Under the pieces are notes generated by a model. The model was not told where the DNA came from. It saw nothing but the letters and a program-made list of their open reading frames with translations, and did no database searches. This document shows positions 36,900 to 49,004 of a DNA stretch of 64,000 bases, piece after piece. Every line of letters begins with the position of its first letter. Position 1 is the first letter of the stretch. Source of the DNA: Phoronis australis (lineage: Eukaryota > Animalia > Phoronida); assembly GCA_002633005.1 (NCBI GenBank), contig NMRA01000068.1, positions 284,453-348,452 of the forward strand. Direction: 5' to 3'. A program made the translations under genes and the position numbers.

Positions 36900-37102
36900 C
36901 CCTAACTTCAACTCAATGAAGAAACTGAAGGCAAAAGAAAGCGGGTAAGACGTTCATATTCGCTGACGCTGCCCACCACTTCTTCTGGCGGAAGTCTGTT
37001 GTGCACCGCTAAGAATTTGAGTCCTAGCGGCCGTGAACGAAACTGAGATTCCCGCCATATTGAAAACAATCTGTCGTTGGCTCTTCCTTGTTTTTCGACG
37101 GG
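36900..37102. promoter_or_regulatory. Putative bidirectional promoter shared by NUTF2 and IMPA
   Basis: CpG-enriched; ETS-like CGGAAGT near 36989 and YY1-like CGCCATATT near 37053. Candidate minus-strand donor (agg|gtagat) at 36900 for the IMPA 5'UTR exon. Inference. Confidence 0.5.
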
Positions 37103-37198
37103 ATGGTAGCAAATCCAAAAGACATTGGACAGCAGTTCGTCCAGGTTTACTACGAAATGTTTGATAAAAACAGAAGCGAATTAGCAAATCTCTACATG
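37103..37198 (+). CDS. NUTF2: NUTF2 exon 1
   Basis: ATG, IGQQFVQVYY..FD, gtatgt donor. Confidence 0.92.
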
Positions 37199-40100
37199 GT
37201 ATGTTAGGACCCTCACTCACCTGAGGGGAAGGTGCCTGAACTTGTTCTGAAACAGAATTTGTTGGTTATATGGATTATGGGGAAATCCCCCCTTCACCAC
37301 TGCAGTGGTCGCTATCCCTGTCAGCAAACTAATACCTCAAGTAGCCAAAACTAATGTTTTGCTTAAGTGATTGCAACATTGAGAGGAATTTTCAGTCATT
37401 GGATCATTGGTTGGAGGGTAATGAGGACAAATTCTCATGATTTTTATTTCAAATATTTTTCTTGGGGGCCCGAGCACCAAAATAGAGGGCCCTGGTCTTA
37501 GCGATAGTCATGTATCAACATTGTGCTAATAATTATTTAGATTATGAGAAATTAATCAATATTTTGTTCAAGTTCCTAGTGGCACTGCCACTTTGGATAA
37601 AGTGGTCCCAGGTTTAAAGAACCATCTGAGGTCCATCCATTGAATAGCAGGCTAGTTGTTAATTGTGCTCACCTGGTTCTTGTAATCAGGTCCATTCCCA
37701 CTCACACCTCCAGGTTTAGTAGCAGAAGTATCCAGGCTGTTTGAATTTTTTGGGTCTAACGAAGCTCAACATTCTCTGGTACCTAAGTAGCTTAGGTGTA
37801 TTTTGGCGATAGTCTTCATACAGCTAGCTGGCTATGAACATGGGCGGTGGAGCACTGAAATAAGTGGGGGGGCCAGAAGCGCTCCTCAGCCCCCTATGGT
37901 GGGCCGCCCATGATGAACCAAGCCTAGTGAGCTACTGCTGATACTTGACAAGTCCAATGTATGCTCTCCTGACTGGTAGAAAAAATTTTCCAACAGAGGT
38001 TCAAACTTCTACAAACATCTGCATGAATGCATGTCAGAATACTCAGTGTTCTATTTTAGTATCTTAGACACTTGCAATGGAAGGACAGATATTCATGGGT
38101 TGAAACCATCCCTGAATGTGCAAGTGCACTTCCTTGGTCTTGCATTGTTTTGAGGTTATTGTCAAGAATAGAGGCTTGTTTACCCTTGTGTTATTGACCT
38201 ATCATGTCTTGCTGCTGTGAGTGAACTAGGAATCCTGCTTAATCTCAAGATTGGCTATGAGTAAACATAGAATACATGAGGAAACTTGACAAGTTCACTC
38301 AAATAATCACGTTCACGTTCATAAAAATTTACACTGCACTAAATCAAATTACATGTTGATAAAACGGCGTGAATTTTAGCCAATCCTTTTTCAACTATTG
38401 GCGACCAAACAATTCATTTAGCCATTCACATATTTCACCTATTCTTCGACACAAGTTACGCTAAAGGAGAAAATGGATGATCATCTGGCAGGTAATTACA
38501 AAAATTCTTTACGCTGAACAAGTTCCACGCTTGCGTGATCTTGAGTTTAGGCAGGATTCCAAGATTCCACCCAGCATCACACCTGCAAGACCTTTTACTT
38601 GTGACCTTGACCTTTATATGAGAGAGAATGAGGAGTGCACCTCAAAACATGTCAGGAATATGAAATTGTATACTGCTTAGCTTTTTATTAAATGTTTGGC
38701 TGTACTTCTGCTGAACAGATTGTTGCCACTCATTTTTCCCGATTTGGGCTTGTAAAAGGTGGCGATAAAAAATGAATAACAAAAAATTCCAACATCCACT
38801 GGATGCCCATACAAGGGAGGTCAAATTCTATCCATATTTTTACTTTTATACTTGTATTTTTGAGCTTTTACTTTTCTTATGTCGAGCCCTGATTCAAATA
38901 ATCAATCAATTGCTCGAAAACTTTCAAAATGGGTGAAAATACAAACAAAGAACTACTCTTGAGCTTTACTTATTCCTGATAAACTTGGCAAGTGTCTGCC
39001 AGGACACGCAAAATTGCTGAGATAGCATTTTTGTTTTTTTTCATAGGACGGAAAATTAGAAGTGCCTTCATCAATTTTGCCCTTGTGTGCATCTTCTACA
39101 GTACATGCTGGTGTTTGGCACCCTTTACCTGTGCATGACTCGTTATTCGTTTGATCTTGGATTTAATCGCATTCTCTTTTTCAGGAGGACTCAATGGTGT
39201 CTTATGAGGGAGCAGAAATGAGAGGAAAGACTTATATAATGCAAAAATTTATGGTAATCTTTGCTCATGCTTGTTGTGCTATATCCTGTCCTTATCACAA
39301 TTCCGGGTTAGATGCCAGGTCACTGGAGTTTCAGGCAGATCATGGTTCATTCGCTGAGGCTTGACACTTGGAAACACAGGCTACCCAAACAAAACATCTA
39401 TTGCACTCATAAAAATAGTTTTTGTTGTGAAATAAGGACTTTTGGTATTGATGCTCTCTAGAGTAATGAGTGTGCGAAAGCAACTTCTGCTTGATCCCGT
39501 CTCGGGTTTGGTGGACAGAAAGCCATTTATTACGTAATGGTTCATTAATTTGAAAACACAGGAATAAATCCCTGTTTCAGGCCCTTCCATTGTATGATTG
39601 TTTTTGTTTGCTAATTTATTTTAGCTTTTTGACATCAGTTGGGACCAAAATTCTCCTGTTTTATCAGTCGCAGCCTGACTAACTTTGCTGCTACTGATTC
39701 CTCTTGGCAGTGGGAAATGTATAGAACATGGTGTCCTTCAAGAGGTTTGCCTTTTTCCTCACAGCAGTGAAATTTGCTTGCATTATGATACCAGTAGGTT
39801 GAAACCTCCTGTCCATATTACATGGGATCTGTAGGCGGTGCTGAACACCTGGTCACCAGAGACCTGATCGCCATCGGGCAGAATAATGAATTTTAATACG
39901 GTGGACTATTTCAAAAATTAGCTTTGGTTTCAATTTGTTCCTTAGTCAAATTGGAGCTGATTTTGAAGGTTTGAAAGACTGAAAATTGGTTATTGCAAGG
40001 CTTTACAGCTTTGTCTCGGCATGTTATTTTATGCACCAAGCATGATCTCAAGGAATAATGAACAGTCAGCACTTTGCAAACTCAGAAATCACTTCTCATC

Positions 40101-41273
40101 TGAGCAAGGAACTAGTCGAGATGAATTACATATCCAAAGTTCACTTCTTGGACAGAATTTGGGTTCTCAACCACTTTATGTGAAAGAACACCGCTCCTGA
40201 TTATAAGACTGTTCTTGTGTTTGGGTAAAAAAATGTACTACTCTGAGTTCATACGCAGGATTTTATGGTAAACTTTTTACATGCCCATCAGTTTCTTCAC
40301 CAAATAAAAGTTATTGCAACACAATGGGCTATGCATTCAAAATGCGTACTACATTAAGTTTTTTCTTGTTGCAGGGATTACCATTTCAGAGTATTCAACA
40401 CATTGTCAGCTCCGCAGACTATCACTTTGTACACAGTAGTGCTATTTTAATTTGTGTTGTTGGGAAGCTCAAGGTAATTGCGTTTTTGCTGTACAGGTGT
40501 TTGATTTGAGTTTACGTCTTTCTGTGCATTCTTCTGAACTCAAACTTCATAGGTATGTTTTGTAATTATGCACCTTTGTTTTGTAGTAGTTACTGGGGCA
40601 TAATCTGTGCTGGATAACAATAATGGTATCATGTTTCCTTTTATTGAATAATGCTTTTGGTGTCATAAAACTGTCAGGCTAATCCAGTGTCAAGTTGAAC
40701 TTATCCAGTGGTCAAGTTGAACTTATCCAGTGGATAGAGTTTTACAGAGAAAAGTAATGTTTGCACCACATTTGAAAAGCTTTAAGCCATGTCGGAAAAG
40801 CTTGACTGTATTCCGCTTTCCAAGACAAATGATTGAGCTTGTATTGTACGGCTATACTTACTTTCATTGTGCAGTAAAAATGACGTCATGCTAAGAAAGT
40901 GAAAATAATGTGTAACTAATGGTGTTTATGCAAATTAACAGAGAACAAGATTAGGATGTGAAAACGTGAGGCGCAACTTGCACCGTGTCTGGCCATTTTT
41001 TCACAAAGTCTTCAATAAAGTTTTGTTGGTCTCAAGCTGTGGTGTCCTTGCTTTTCTCTTGGCACTGATACTGTTGTGGTTTGGGATGTCAGGTGTAGGT
41101 GGTATCAGTGCTTTGTATTGCTTTGTTCACTGTTGAGGCATGTCCATTTACCTTTGCAGACTGACAACGATCCACCACAGTCATTTTGTGAAGTATTTTA
41201 TCTGCAAGGAACAGGACCTGGACTATTCTACGTCAAACACCAAATGTTCAGACTTTCATTGCACGACATTTAG
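37103..41273 (+). CDS. NUTF2: Nuclear transport factor 2, complete, 125 aa
   Basis: join(37103-37198,39185-39253,40375-40473,41160-41273) = 378 nt, all phase 0. Protein: MVANPKDIGQQFVQVYYEMFDKNRSELANLY...SYEG...GLPFQSIQH...VVGKLKTDNDPP...MFRLSLHDI. Confidence 0.93.
37839..37912. mobile_element. 74-bp MITE with CATGGGCGG termini and 5-bp TSD ATGAA
   Basis: atgaa|catgggcgg...ccgcccatg|atgaa; same family as 31453-31566. Confidence 0.8.
39185..39253 (+). CDS. NUTF2: NUTF2 exon 2 (EDSMVSYEGAEMRGKTYIMQKFM)
   Basis: ttttcag acceptor, gtaatc donor. Confidence 0.9.
40375..40473 (+). CDS. NUTF2: NUTF2 exon 3 (GLPFQSIQHIV...VVGKLK)
   Basis: ttgcag acceptor, gtaatt donor. Confidence 0.92.
41160..41273 (+). 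CDS. NUTF2: NUTF2 exon 4 (TDNDPPQSF...MFRLSLHDI*)
   Basis: ttgcag acceptor, TAG stop; AATAAA at 41858. Confidence 0.92.
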   Translation, partial: TDNDPPQSFCEVFYLQGTGPGLFYVKHQMFRLSLHDI

Positions 41274-43241
41274 ACGCTCAACGTTGGCCCAGTGAAGCCA
41301 TGAGTTTGTGATAATTGTGTTAGGTTAGGCCTTCTGTTCAGTTGATGTGAACAGCTTGATCCATTGATACATTTCCTACTGGTGATGACAAGAAGAGTCT
41401 TTGCAAGCTTGGCAATTCACTCAACAGTGTACATTTGTTGACCAATTATTTGAATTGTTGGTGAGCTATTTTGGAGATTGTTGTGCTGGAAAGTTTTGCC
41501 CAGTTTGTAATCTTGCTGCTCCACTGAAAAACAACTTAGGCCCTATTTGTCAAATCAACTCATCTGGCAACTTCCATCCTATGGCTGAGTTTTGGGTAGT
41601 GTTTTATTATATTGATTTCAGCTGTACCACAACTTCGCGATTGGTATAAAGCGACTTTTGTTACCTGTTGCTGTGTTGTAGGTTTTGTTCTCCCTTCGTT
41701 TTTATCGAGTGACTTGTGGGACTTTTGAAAGTGGAAAATTTCTGGGTGTACATTCTGCAACCCCATCTTGTCGTGATTTTGAAATCTTACTGGGAATTCG
41801 AATTACTGTAGCAAGAATTTTTTTAAAGCTTTTATTTGGGAATTTTCATTTCATTACAATAAAACGTTCCTACAGCCTTATTTACTATATAACTTTTCTT
41901 ATGAATTCCAGGTCTGTTGTATCGGGGTTTCTCCATAGCTGGGTCTTGTTTTGGCGCAGTCTCGGGTCTAGTATCGGGACCTTATTCTCAAGAGACTGCA
42001 CTTTTGCACAAGTGAGATTTAATTATTTTTCGGGAGCGTAACACATAGTTCCTGACTTAGTCTTAAATCACTTTTCATAAAATAGACCCCTGGTCTTCAG
42101 GAATAAAGCATTGCCAGCTCTTTTCAAGTCTAGTAATCACGCTTCGTCCTGCTTAGCTATCAGAAAAAAAAAACGAAAGTCAAGTTCGAACTTTTACTGT
42201 CCTCAAAAGTTTGTCTCGTAATGTTCCTTACGTCGATACGAATCTATTTGGGGTGCCGCCTGTGGTCGTTGCAGTTATCTCGACAACGGGGATATTTTGA
42301 AAAAATATTAAAGGGAAAAGGGATTGGTTGTATTAAAACTGGTATAAATCCGACTGCCTACTGTAGGAACTGGTGATTTCGACTACTTCCCATTATAATT
42401 AACATTGGCCCTGGCCTGTTCTTAAATTAAAATGGAGGTTTCTGAAGTTGGAAAAAAACGACATGTCGTTATTGCTTAAGACTAGCGTCAACAAGTTGGC
42501 GGGTCCTTTATCCGAACACGAGTCTCCAGCACTAGATTAACGAACTGTCATAAAATTCTTTACAAATCTTTTTTACGTACTGGTAATATATTTATTATCA
42601 TTAATAAACAACGTCCATTTATACACGGATGCACACCTCGGGAAAGACCATTCTCTTAATAAAGTCAACAACTGCTACATGGAGTTAATGTGAACAATAA
42701 AGTTTCCTCGTTTCCAAAAAAGCTGTCATACACAAACTAGAAATTTAACTTTTCAGCACTGTGGTACACTTGAATATATGCAACGAACTTATGAATATTG
42801 GATGTATTTTTGTGACATCCTTGTAAATGTAATGTTTGGCTAGTAATTAGCAAAACGAAAATCATGTGTCTCGTTAAGTCCAAGAACAACACGTTAGTCA
42901 GAAAAACAGTTGTGAACTTTTGAATTAGTTTTCTTAATCCCTACCAAAAATCTTCTACATAGCGACATTCCTAGAAAATGTGACAGCGTCTCTGGAGCTT
43001 TATTGCAAAAGGAACATAAATTAGAATTCCGTACTTAGAGTTGTAGGCTACTTGAACCTTGGAACCTCCTCTCGTCTGAGCGCGGAACATACTGAGACCA
43101 GTTACATAGTGGTAAGTGGTCTAAATCAGAAGTTTGTGGAGAGCTCTGCAGGTAGCTGGGTTGCATTGTCGTCATAACAAGGCGATGACGTTTGAAATAC
43201 GTTAACCCACCAGTGTAAGCTTGTGAACTGAAGTTGTGTAG

Positions 43242-44522
43242 ATGGCGTTTCGTCCAGTTGCACAGGGCTTGGAAAAAAACATAGCACACACGCAAAGTGT
43301 TAGTAAGATTACCAAGGGCGTGGATTCATTGTCGGAATGTTCTGATCAAAGAAAACACTGTGACGTGGAAAATGGAGACGGAGAGAATGTACCAAGAAAT
43401 TTTGCCTATTTCGAAGACATTAAAGAACTTTCGGTAGAAGACGCGTTCGATACTTTGTTGAACCTTTCTCGTCAAAAGGATAGGTATTTCATTCAATGTC
43501 TCGCAGAGCAGTACCAGTTCATGGGATCCAGAATGAAAGATCTCGAGACGCGTATCACTGAAGGAGAAGAAATGGCCGTTGCCATCAGATCGTGCATCAA
43601 GAACGATAACGAAGACCTGCAGAGCGAAATTCAAGCCCTTAAGAAGCTGAACATGGCCGTCGTCGAAGCGGCGAATGAAAAAATAGCGGAATATAGAATC
43701 ATTATTGAGAGTGAAAGAGGAAGGCGAGAAGAATTGTCTGCGTCACTTGAAACGGCAAATAACACAATAACGGAACTGAAAGATTTGGTTCAACATTTTA
43801 AAACAAACTACATCAAAGAAAATTTATCAAGACAAATGTACACCAACCAAAATAGAATCGATTTAAAGAGCATGGTGACGGCGTTTCAAAGTAGACAGTC
43901 GAAAACAGAACAGGAGATGGAGTTGCTTCGTGCCAACTGGATCTTCGAAGCGAATGAACGGAAGCGCGAGGAAGAGGAATGCCGTCAACAGATCGAACGA
44001 ATTCAACATATGTCAAATAAGAAAATTAAAGATCTAGAGCACACTGTGGAAACATTCATGAAGAAGTGCGAATCAAGAGGAGACATCGCCCAGGTTGTAT
44101 CCCCTAACATCGAAGATCAAGTTGGCGATGCCTGCAAGCCGTCTTATGATTGGCGCCAAATGGATGATGTAATGAAGATGAAGATGGAGTTTCTCGATAA
44201 CAAGATGGCCTCCATGCAAATGGCAGTTGATTTCACTTCAGAGGATTCGGAAACTGATCAGAATCCCTCTACTGCGGAGAGTTTAGCTGAAAGTCCAATG
44301 ATCTCTTCTGAAAAAGCTGATGACCAAAACGTAATGTCTCCATTGCACAATGATGATGCAACAGCCGATGTTGACATTAGTTTTCCTCAAAGCTATTCTG
44401 TTCCTGATGGAGATGCTGCTATAGCGAGTCTTCAAGCAGAAAATCACACTAATGCAATCAGCTGTACAGGCGAAGGTCAAAAAAATATACAGAAGGCGGA
44501 AATTATAGTTTTTCCTCAGTGA
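43242..44522 (+). CDS. Intronless 426-aa coiled-coil protein of unknown function
   Basis: 1281-nt uninterrupted ORF in AT-rich DNA, E/K/Q/M-rich heptad-like middle, acidic low-complexity tail; no recognisable family. Confidence 0.7.
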   Translation: MAFRPVAQGLEKNIAHTQSVSKITKGVDSLSECSDQRKHCDVENGDGENVPRNFAYFEDIKELSVEDAFDTLLNLSRQKDRYFIQCLAEQYQFMGSRMKDLETRITEGEEMAVAIRSCIKNDNEDLQSEIQALKKLNMAVVEAANEKIAEYRIIIESERGRREELSASLETANNTITELKDLVQHFKTNYIKENLSRQMYTNQNRIDLKSMVTAFQSRQSKTEQEMELLRANWIFEANERKREEEECRQQIERIQHMSNKKIKDLEHTVETFMKKCESRGDIAQVVSPNIEDQVGDACKPSYDWRQMDDVMKMKMEFLDNKMASMQMAVDFTSEDSETDQNPSTAESLAESPMISSEKADDQNVMSPLHNDDATADVDISFPQSYSVPDGDAAIASLQAENHTNAISCTGEGQKNIQKAEIIVFPQ

Positions 44523-46744
44523 GGTGTTCTGCTTTGTAACCTCTGTGGTTATATCCCTTCTAAAAATTGCCGAATTTGAGAATTAATAGATTTCATTGTA
44601 TCTGTATTTGTCAAGTTGAATTGTGTTATCTGGCCGGTCTAACTGTTTACGACAGTTTGCCCGAGCGAGCCTAAACCCTTTTTACATCTTAGTTCGCTTA
44701 CCGACCCGTTGGTTGGGTGTCAATGCACGTATAGTAGGTTACTAGTTGAATACTGTGACGTTTGTCTGCCGGGGCCTTACCCTACTTGGCGAGAATGATG
44801 TTTCAAATAGTTTACACCAGTAAAAGGTGCGTGTCTACATAAAGAACGACGACTGAGTGGCAAATAGTTTAACGTGAGTTTGTGCCGCCATTTTCGATTC
44901 TCAAATTAATGCTTGTTACTTATAGCCGTGTTGGTGAAGAAAATTTATTCGCTAATTTCTTTTATAATGCCCCGATTTTAAAAAAATCAAACACGGCTAT
45001 TTACTTTTCAATTTTAAAAACAGTCATGTTGGTCTTTTGCCTTACTCATTGCTCGTTTTTTTACTTTGAAACTCGTCCGCTAAACAGGCGTGTTGGTTTA
45101 TCACCGCAATTATTTTGTACAGCTCGTTCAATCAAGCCCATGGTTAGCAAGTAGTTCCCTTCAATCCGTAACGGCACCGTCAAGCCTTTTCGCCGACGAC
45201 TTCGTTGGATAATGAGGGGTAAACGGTCCACGCTTTCTTGTCCATTTGCGTGCAAATCTTGTTAGCGTAAGATTTGCCTAATGCACGGTGTGGGGACGCC
45301 TTGCCTTCAATAAGAAAAGCGCTTTCCGCGAGCGAGTCGTGGCACAATCTCGCGATGCGCTTCGAAGCGCTTTCGTTATTGGACACAAGGCTATACAACG
45401 TGTATGGACTGATCACGAGTAGAATGGCGTCGTCGTGAACAAAATCGGCAAAAGTTCCTCGACAAGTAGTTTATGAGGTCGTTTACGTTATATAGGATTT
45501 TATGACACTTACTCTCGAAATATCTGTGTATGGACTCGTCATACGCGAGTTTCGCGTAACTGTCCGAACTAGTCACGAGCAACTGTACGGTTTCGCATTG
45601 AGTCAGAGGTCTTTTCAAGTTCTTGTTGTCGTCTAATTATGCATCTATACCTTCAAAAAGTAACTCATTCCTATACATATAAAACAGTATATTGAGAAAA
45701 AATTCAAATAACAGCAATCGGAGTTCCGGCCAAAAACTTTCTGTCCCACTAACCGCACAGACTATATCTCTCAGAAATAACTGAGATATGTTGGTTTCTA
45801 AGACGTAAGCCACGTGCATTACCAACCAAAACTCCAAAGATTAGCTGACTGTTTCAACGACTTCGCTGAACTGAAAAAAATGCATCTAAAATTCACATAG
45901 GACCTACAGTATACAACAGACCGCAAGGTTTAGCGCGAGAATGACCCATTACACCGATTTTCGCATTTGGCATGTAGCTACCTACACTTAATAAAATTCT
46001 GTCGTGCCGTTTGGGTGTTACAGAGTGTCAGTCGCCCAGTGGTAAGGATTTAGAACTGCCTGTATTTGATGAATCGTTTCTGGAAGTGGGAAACACAAGT
46101 AAGCTGTGCTCACCCGCACTCCTAGCAAGCCTGTTTCATCTAATTAAAAGCGCGAATTTATTTGTGGCCAGTGCTCGTGTAAAACGGCAAAGAGCTTACT
46201 CAAGGTTTTGCAGCACTAGCTGCAGCATAGAACAGACATTACGTAGCAGGTTTTGTTTGAGTAGACTTGAGTACGTGCGGCCGAAATTAATAAAGTGATT
46301 AACTCGAACCAGTCTTCAGTCTATCGTCGCACCGAAAGCTACTAAATACCGGTCAGCGATAACCTGTGTCCGCCCATCCACGGAGTATATCGCGTGTTCA
46401 TTATAAAATTTGCAAACAGATGCGTGCCGACTAAGTACCTTTTATGAATAAAACGGATAAAAAGACGAATACAGACGGCACACCCATATTAAAACGGCAC
46501 TTTCTTGTTTTTTCTTTTCATTCTTTTATTCACATCATGACTGCAGTGCAATGAACTTTAGTTTTTCATATGCTCATTCATTCACACATTCCGATGAGAA
46601 AACCAACCAGTTTCCTATCTTAAGAGTGCAGTGCACTTCAGACCAAACAAAAAGCCATAAATGGGTGATACACCCTATGGCACGGATTTGGATCGTACTA
46701 TGCGTTGCAGTTTACTTTCTTATGTTATATGACTAAAATGTAGT

Positions 46745-48850
46745 TTTATGCTCGGAATATGTCCCGAAAATAATAGGTGCTTCACAAGCTCCGTTTCCAT
46801 AGATACAAAGGAGACCGTGTATAGGAGATATAAGGTCATTTATTATGACTGATAAGGTACAGAAATATGAGTGTACAAATAACATAAAGATAAAATAATA
46901 ATCTCTGGAAAGATGGGCAATAAAAAGCGCCAGCACTCAGGTAAGAGGAACTACCCAAAGGAGAGGGTGGTAGAGGGTGGGAAAAAATGAAGAGAGATTA
47001 GACTCGAACCTAAGTGCTGCTAAAGCGAAGTACTGATGGCACAAAATATAACTTTACTGAGAACAAAGGCGCCCTATGACACGTGACAATCATCAGCCTA
47101 TGGGAGCCAGGAGCTGACCAAACTCGTGGCAGTAACAGAGACCGTAAAGAGGCGTTAGCGTCTTTGGCAGTAACACAAACGAACCAATAGTGAGGCTGGA
47201 AATGGAATGTCCTAGTGCCTCGAGTGCAGGAGGACCGCATGCGAATCTACACAAGCGGTTATTGGACCGGTCCGAAAGATGGGGTATAAGAGGGACGAGT
47301 CCATATTCTCACAAAAATATATTTAACGAGTGAAATATCATTTATGCTCGGAATATGTCCCGAAAATAATAGGTGCGTCGCAAACTCCGTTTCCAGAGAT
47401 ACAAAGGAGACCGTGTATAGGAGATATAAGGTCATTTATTATGACTGATAAGGTACAGAAATATGAGTGAACAAATAACATAAAGATAAAATAATAATCT
47501 CTGGAAAGATGGGCAATAAAAAGCGCCACGAGAGATGTTGAATACAGCTCATGCCCATCCGCAGGGACGCACCAAAAGAAAGGGGGGGAAAAAGGAGGTA
47601 TTGTGTAGATTCGCATACTTACAGAGGCTGGCAGCCGGATACCAAACCCTAACTACAGGGGCCAAGGCTGTAGGGGGAGGTACGTTTACCCAAGTGCTGC
47701 AACAGCTGCCGGGTGTGAACTCACCCTGGTGTCGTGGCGGTAACGAAGGGAACTAGAGTAAGGCTAAAAATACAAAAATAAAACATTTAAGACTGAACAA
47801 AACAATGAGACAAAGTGGCAAAGTGGTAAATAGGAAAAACAAGATACACGGAGTGAAACGAAAGTACCATAAGTAAGATAAGGAAAGAGGTATATAAGGA
47901 CCCCGTAAACGAACAACAGCACGAACTGAAAATGTTACAGAGGCCATGAAGGGCTAAGCCCGAAACATAAGAGAAAGTACCTAAGATATGAAAAAAGAGC
48001 GGCTAACAGAAACTGAAGTACCCAAAGGTGACGATATAAAAAATATAACAGTATAAATAAATGAGAAAAGAAACTAACCCTAAGCAGACTGGCGAAATAA
48101 GACAAAGTGACTAACAGGGACGGAGAGAAGTAATAAAATTTGGCTAACAGATGACTGAGAGAAGTGGGTAAACTGATCAATAACATAGGCAGTAAGCCGA
48201 ATGAGTACAAACTAGGAACAACGTGGGGAAACTAAAAACACCCACGGAAGGTATTACAACAACAGAAAAGCTAAGAAGAAATACCCTAGATATAACCGGC
48301 AATACTAATGCCAGAGGGAGGGGATGGGGGAGGGATGGGAGGAGGCAGGGGATAGAGGAGGCAATACTGACACCGAAGGGGTAGGACCAAGGGGCAGGCA
48401 ATACTGAAAACGGTGAGGGAAGGGAGGTTGGAGGCAAGAATGGGCAAAACGGATGAGAGGAGGGGTAGGGGGACGGAAGATTAAATTCGTCTGCAATTAA
48501 CGGGAGGAGGAGGGGTAGAAGCAGGCGTGGGGGGCTGCCTGCGACAAGACTTAGCCGGGTGCTTTCCACTGCAAGAGGAACAGACATGGAGGTAGGGACA
48601 CTGAGTGGGGAGCTTAGGGCAGGTGTGGGAGTTGTAGGACCAGCAGTAGCCAGGGGTGCGATGAGGAGAGGTGGTTTGGGGGGAGGGGGATTGGTGGGAC
48701 CNCGGGAAAAAAGGGGGGAGGTTGAGGGAGGGGTTAGGACGACGGAGTTGGAAACCAAAGGGGAAACGAACACTGAGAGGGTGATTGAGTAACCCACGGG
48801 CATTGAAGTGGACAGGAGAGATGGGTGGGTAGTACCGCCCACAGAAGGTT
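46745..48850 (-). mobile_element. Non-autonomous, 5'-truncated Ngaro-type (DIRS-group, tyrosine recombinase) retrotransposon
   Basis: Gag-type zinc finger YCWSYNSHTCPKLPTQCPYLHVCSSCSGKHPAKSC at complement(48544-48648). The 188-bp direct repeats 47341-47528 and 46745-46932 are arranged like the B1-A-B2 3' end. Confidence 0.75.
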
Positions 48851-49004
48851 TTTACTACTTCATAACACAGGAGGTAAAATAAAATGAAACATACATAATT
48901 ATATGGACATGGAGATATAAACGATTATAGGAGAGGTATGGAGACGATTGAGTCAAGACAAGGGGAACAAAAGATGAAAATGTGTGCGGTGAGATCGAGT
49001 TTCA

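Noticed and set aside
48177-48842. 221-aa Pro/Ser/Leu-rich ORF as a host gene
   Set aside because: Low-complexity frame inside the Ngaro-like element; the meaningful zinc finger is in a different frame.
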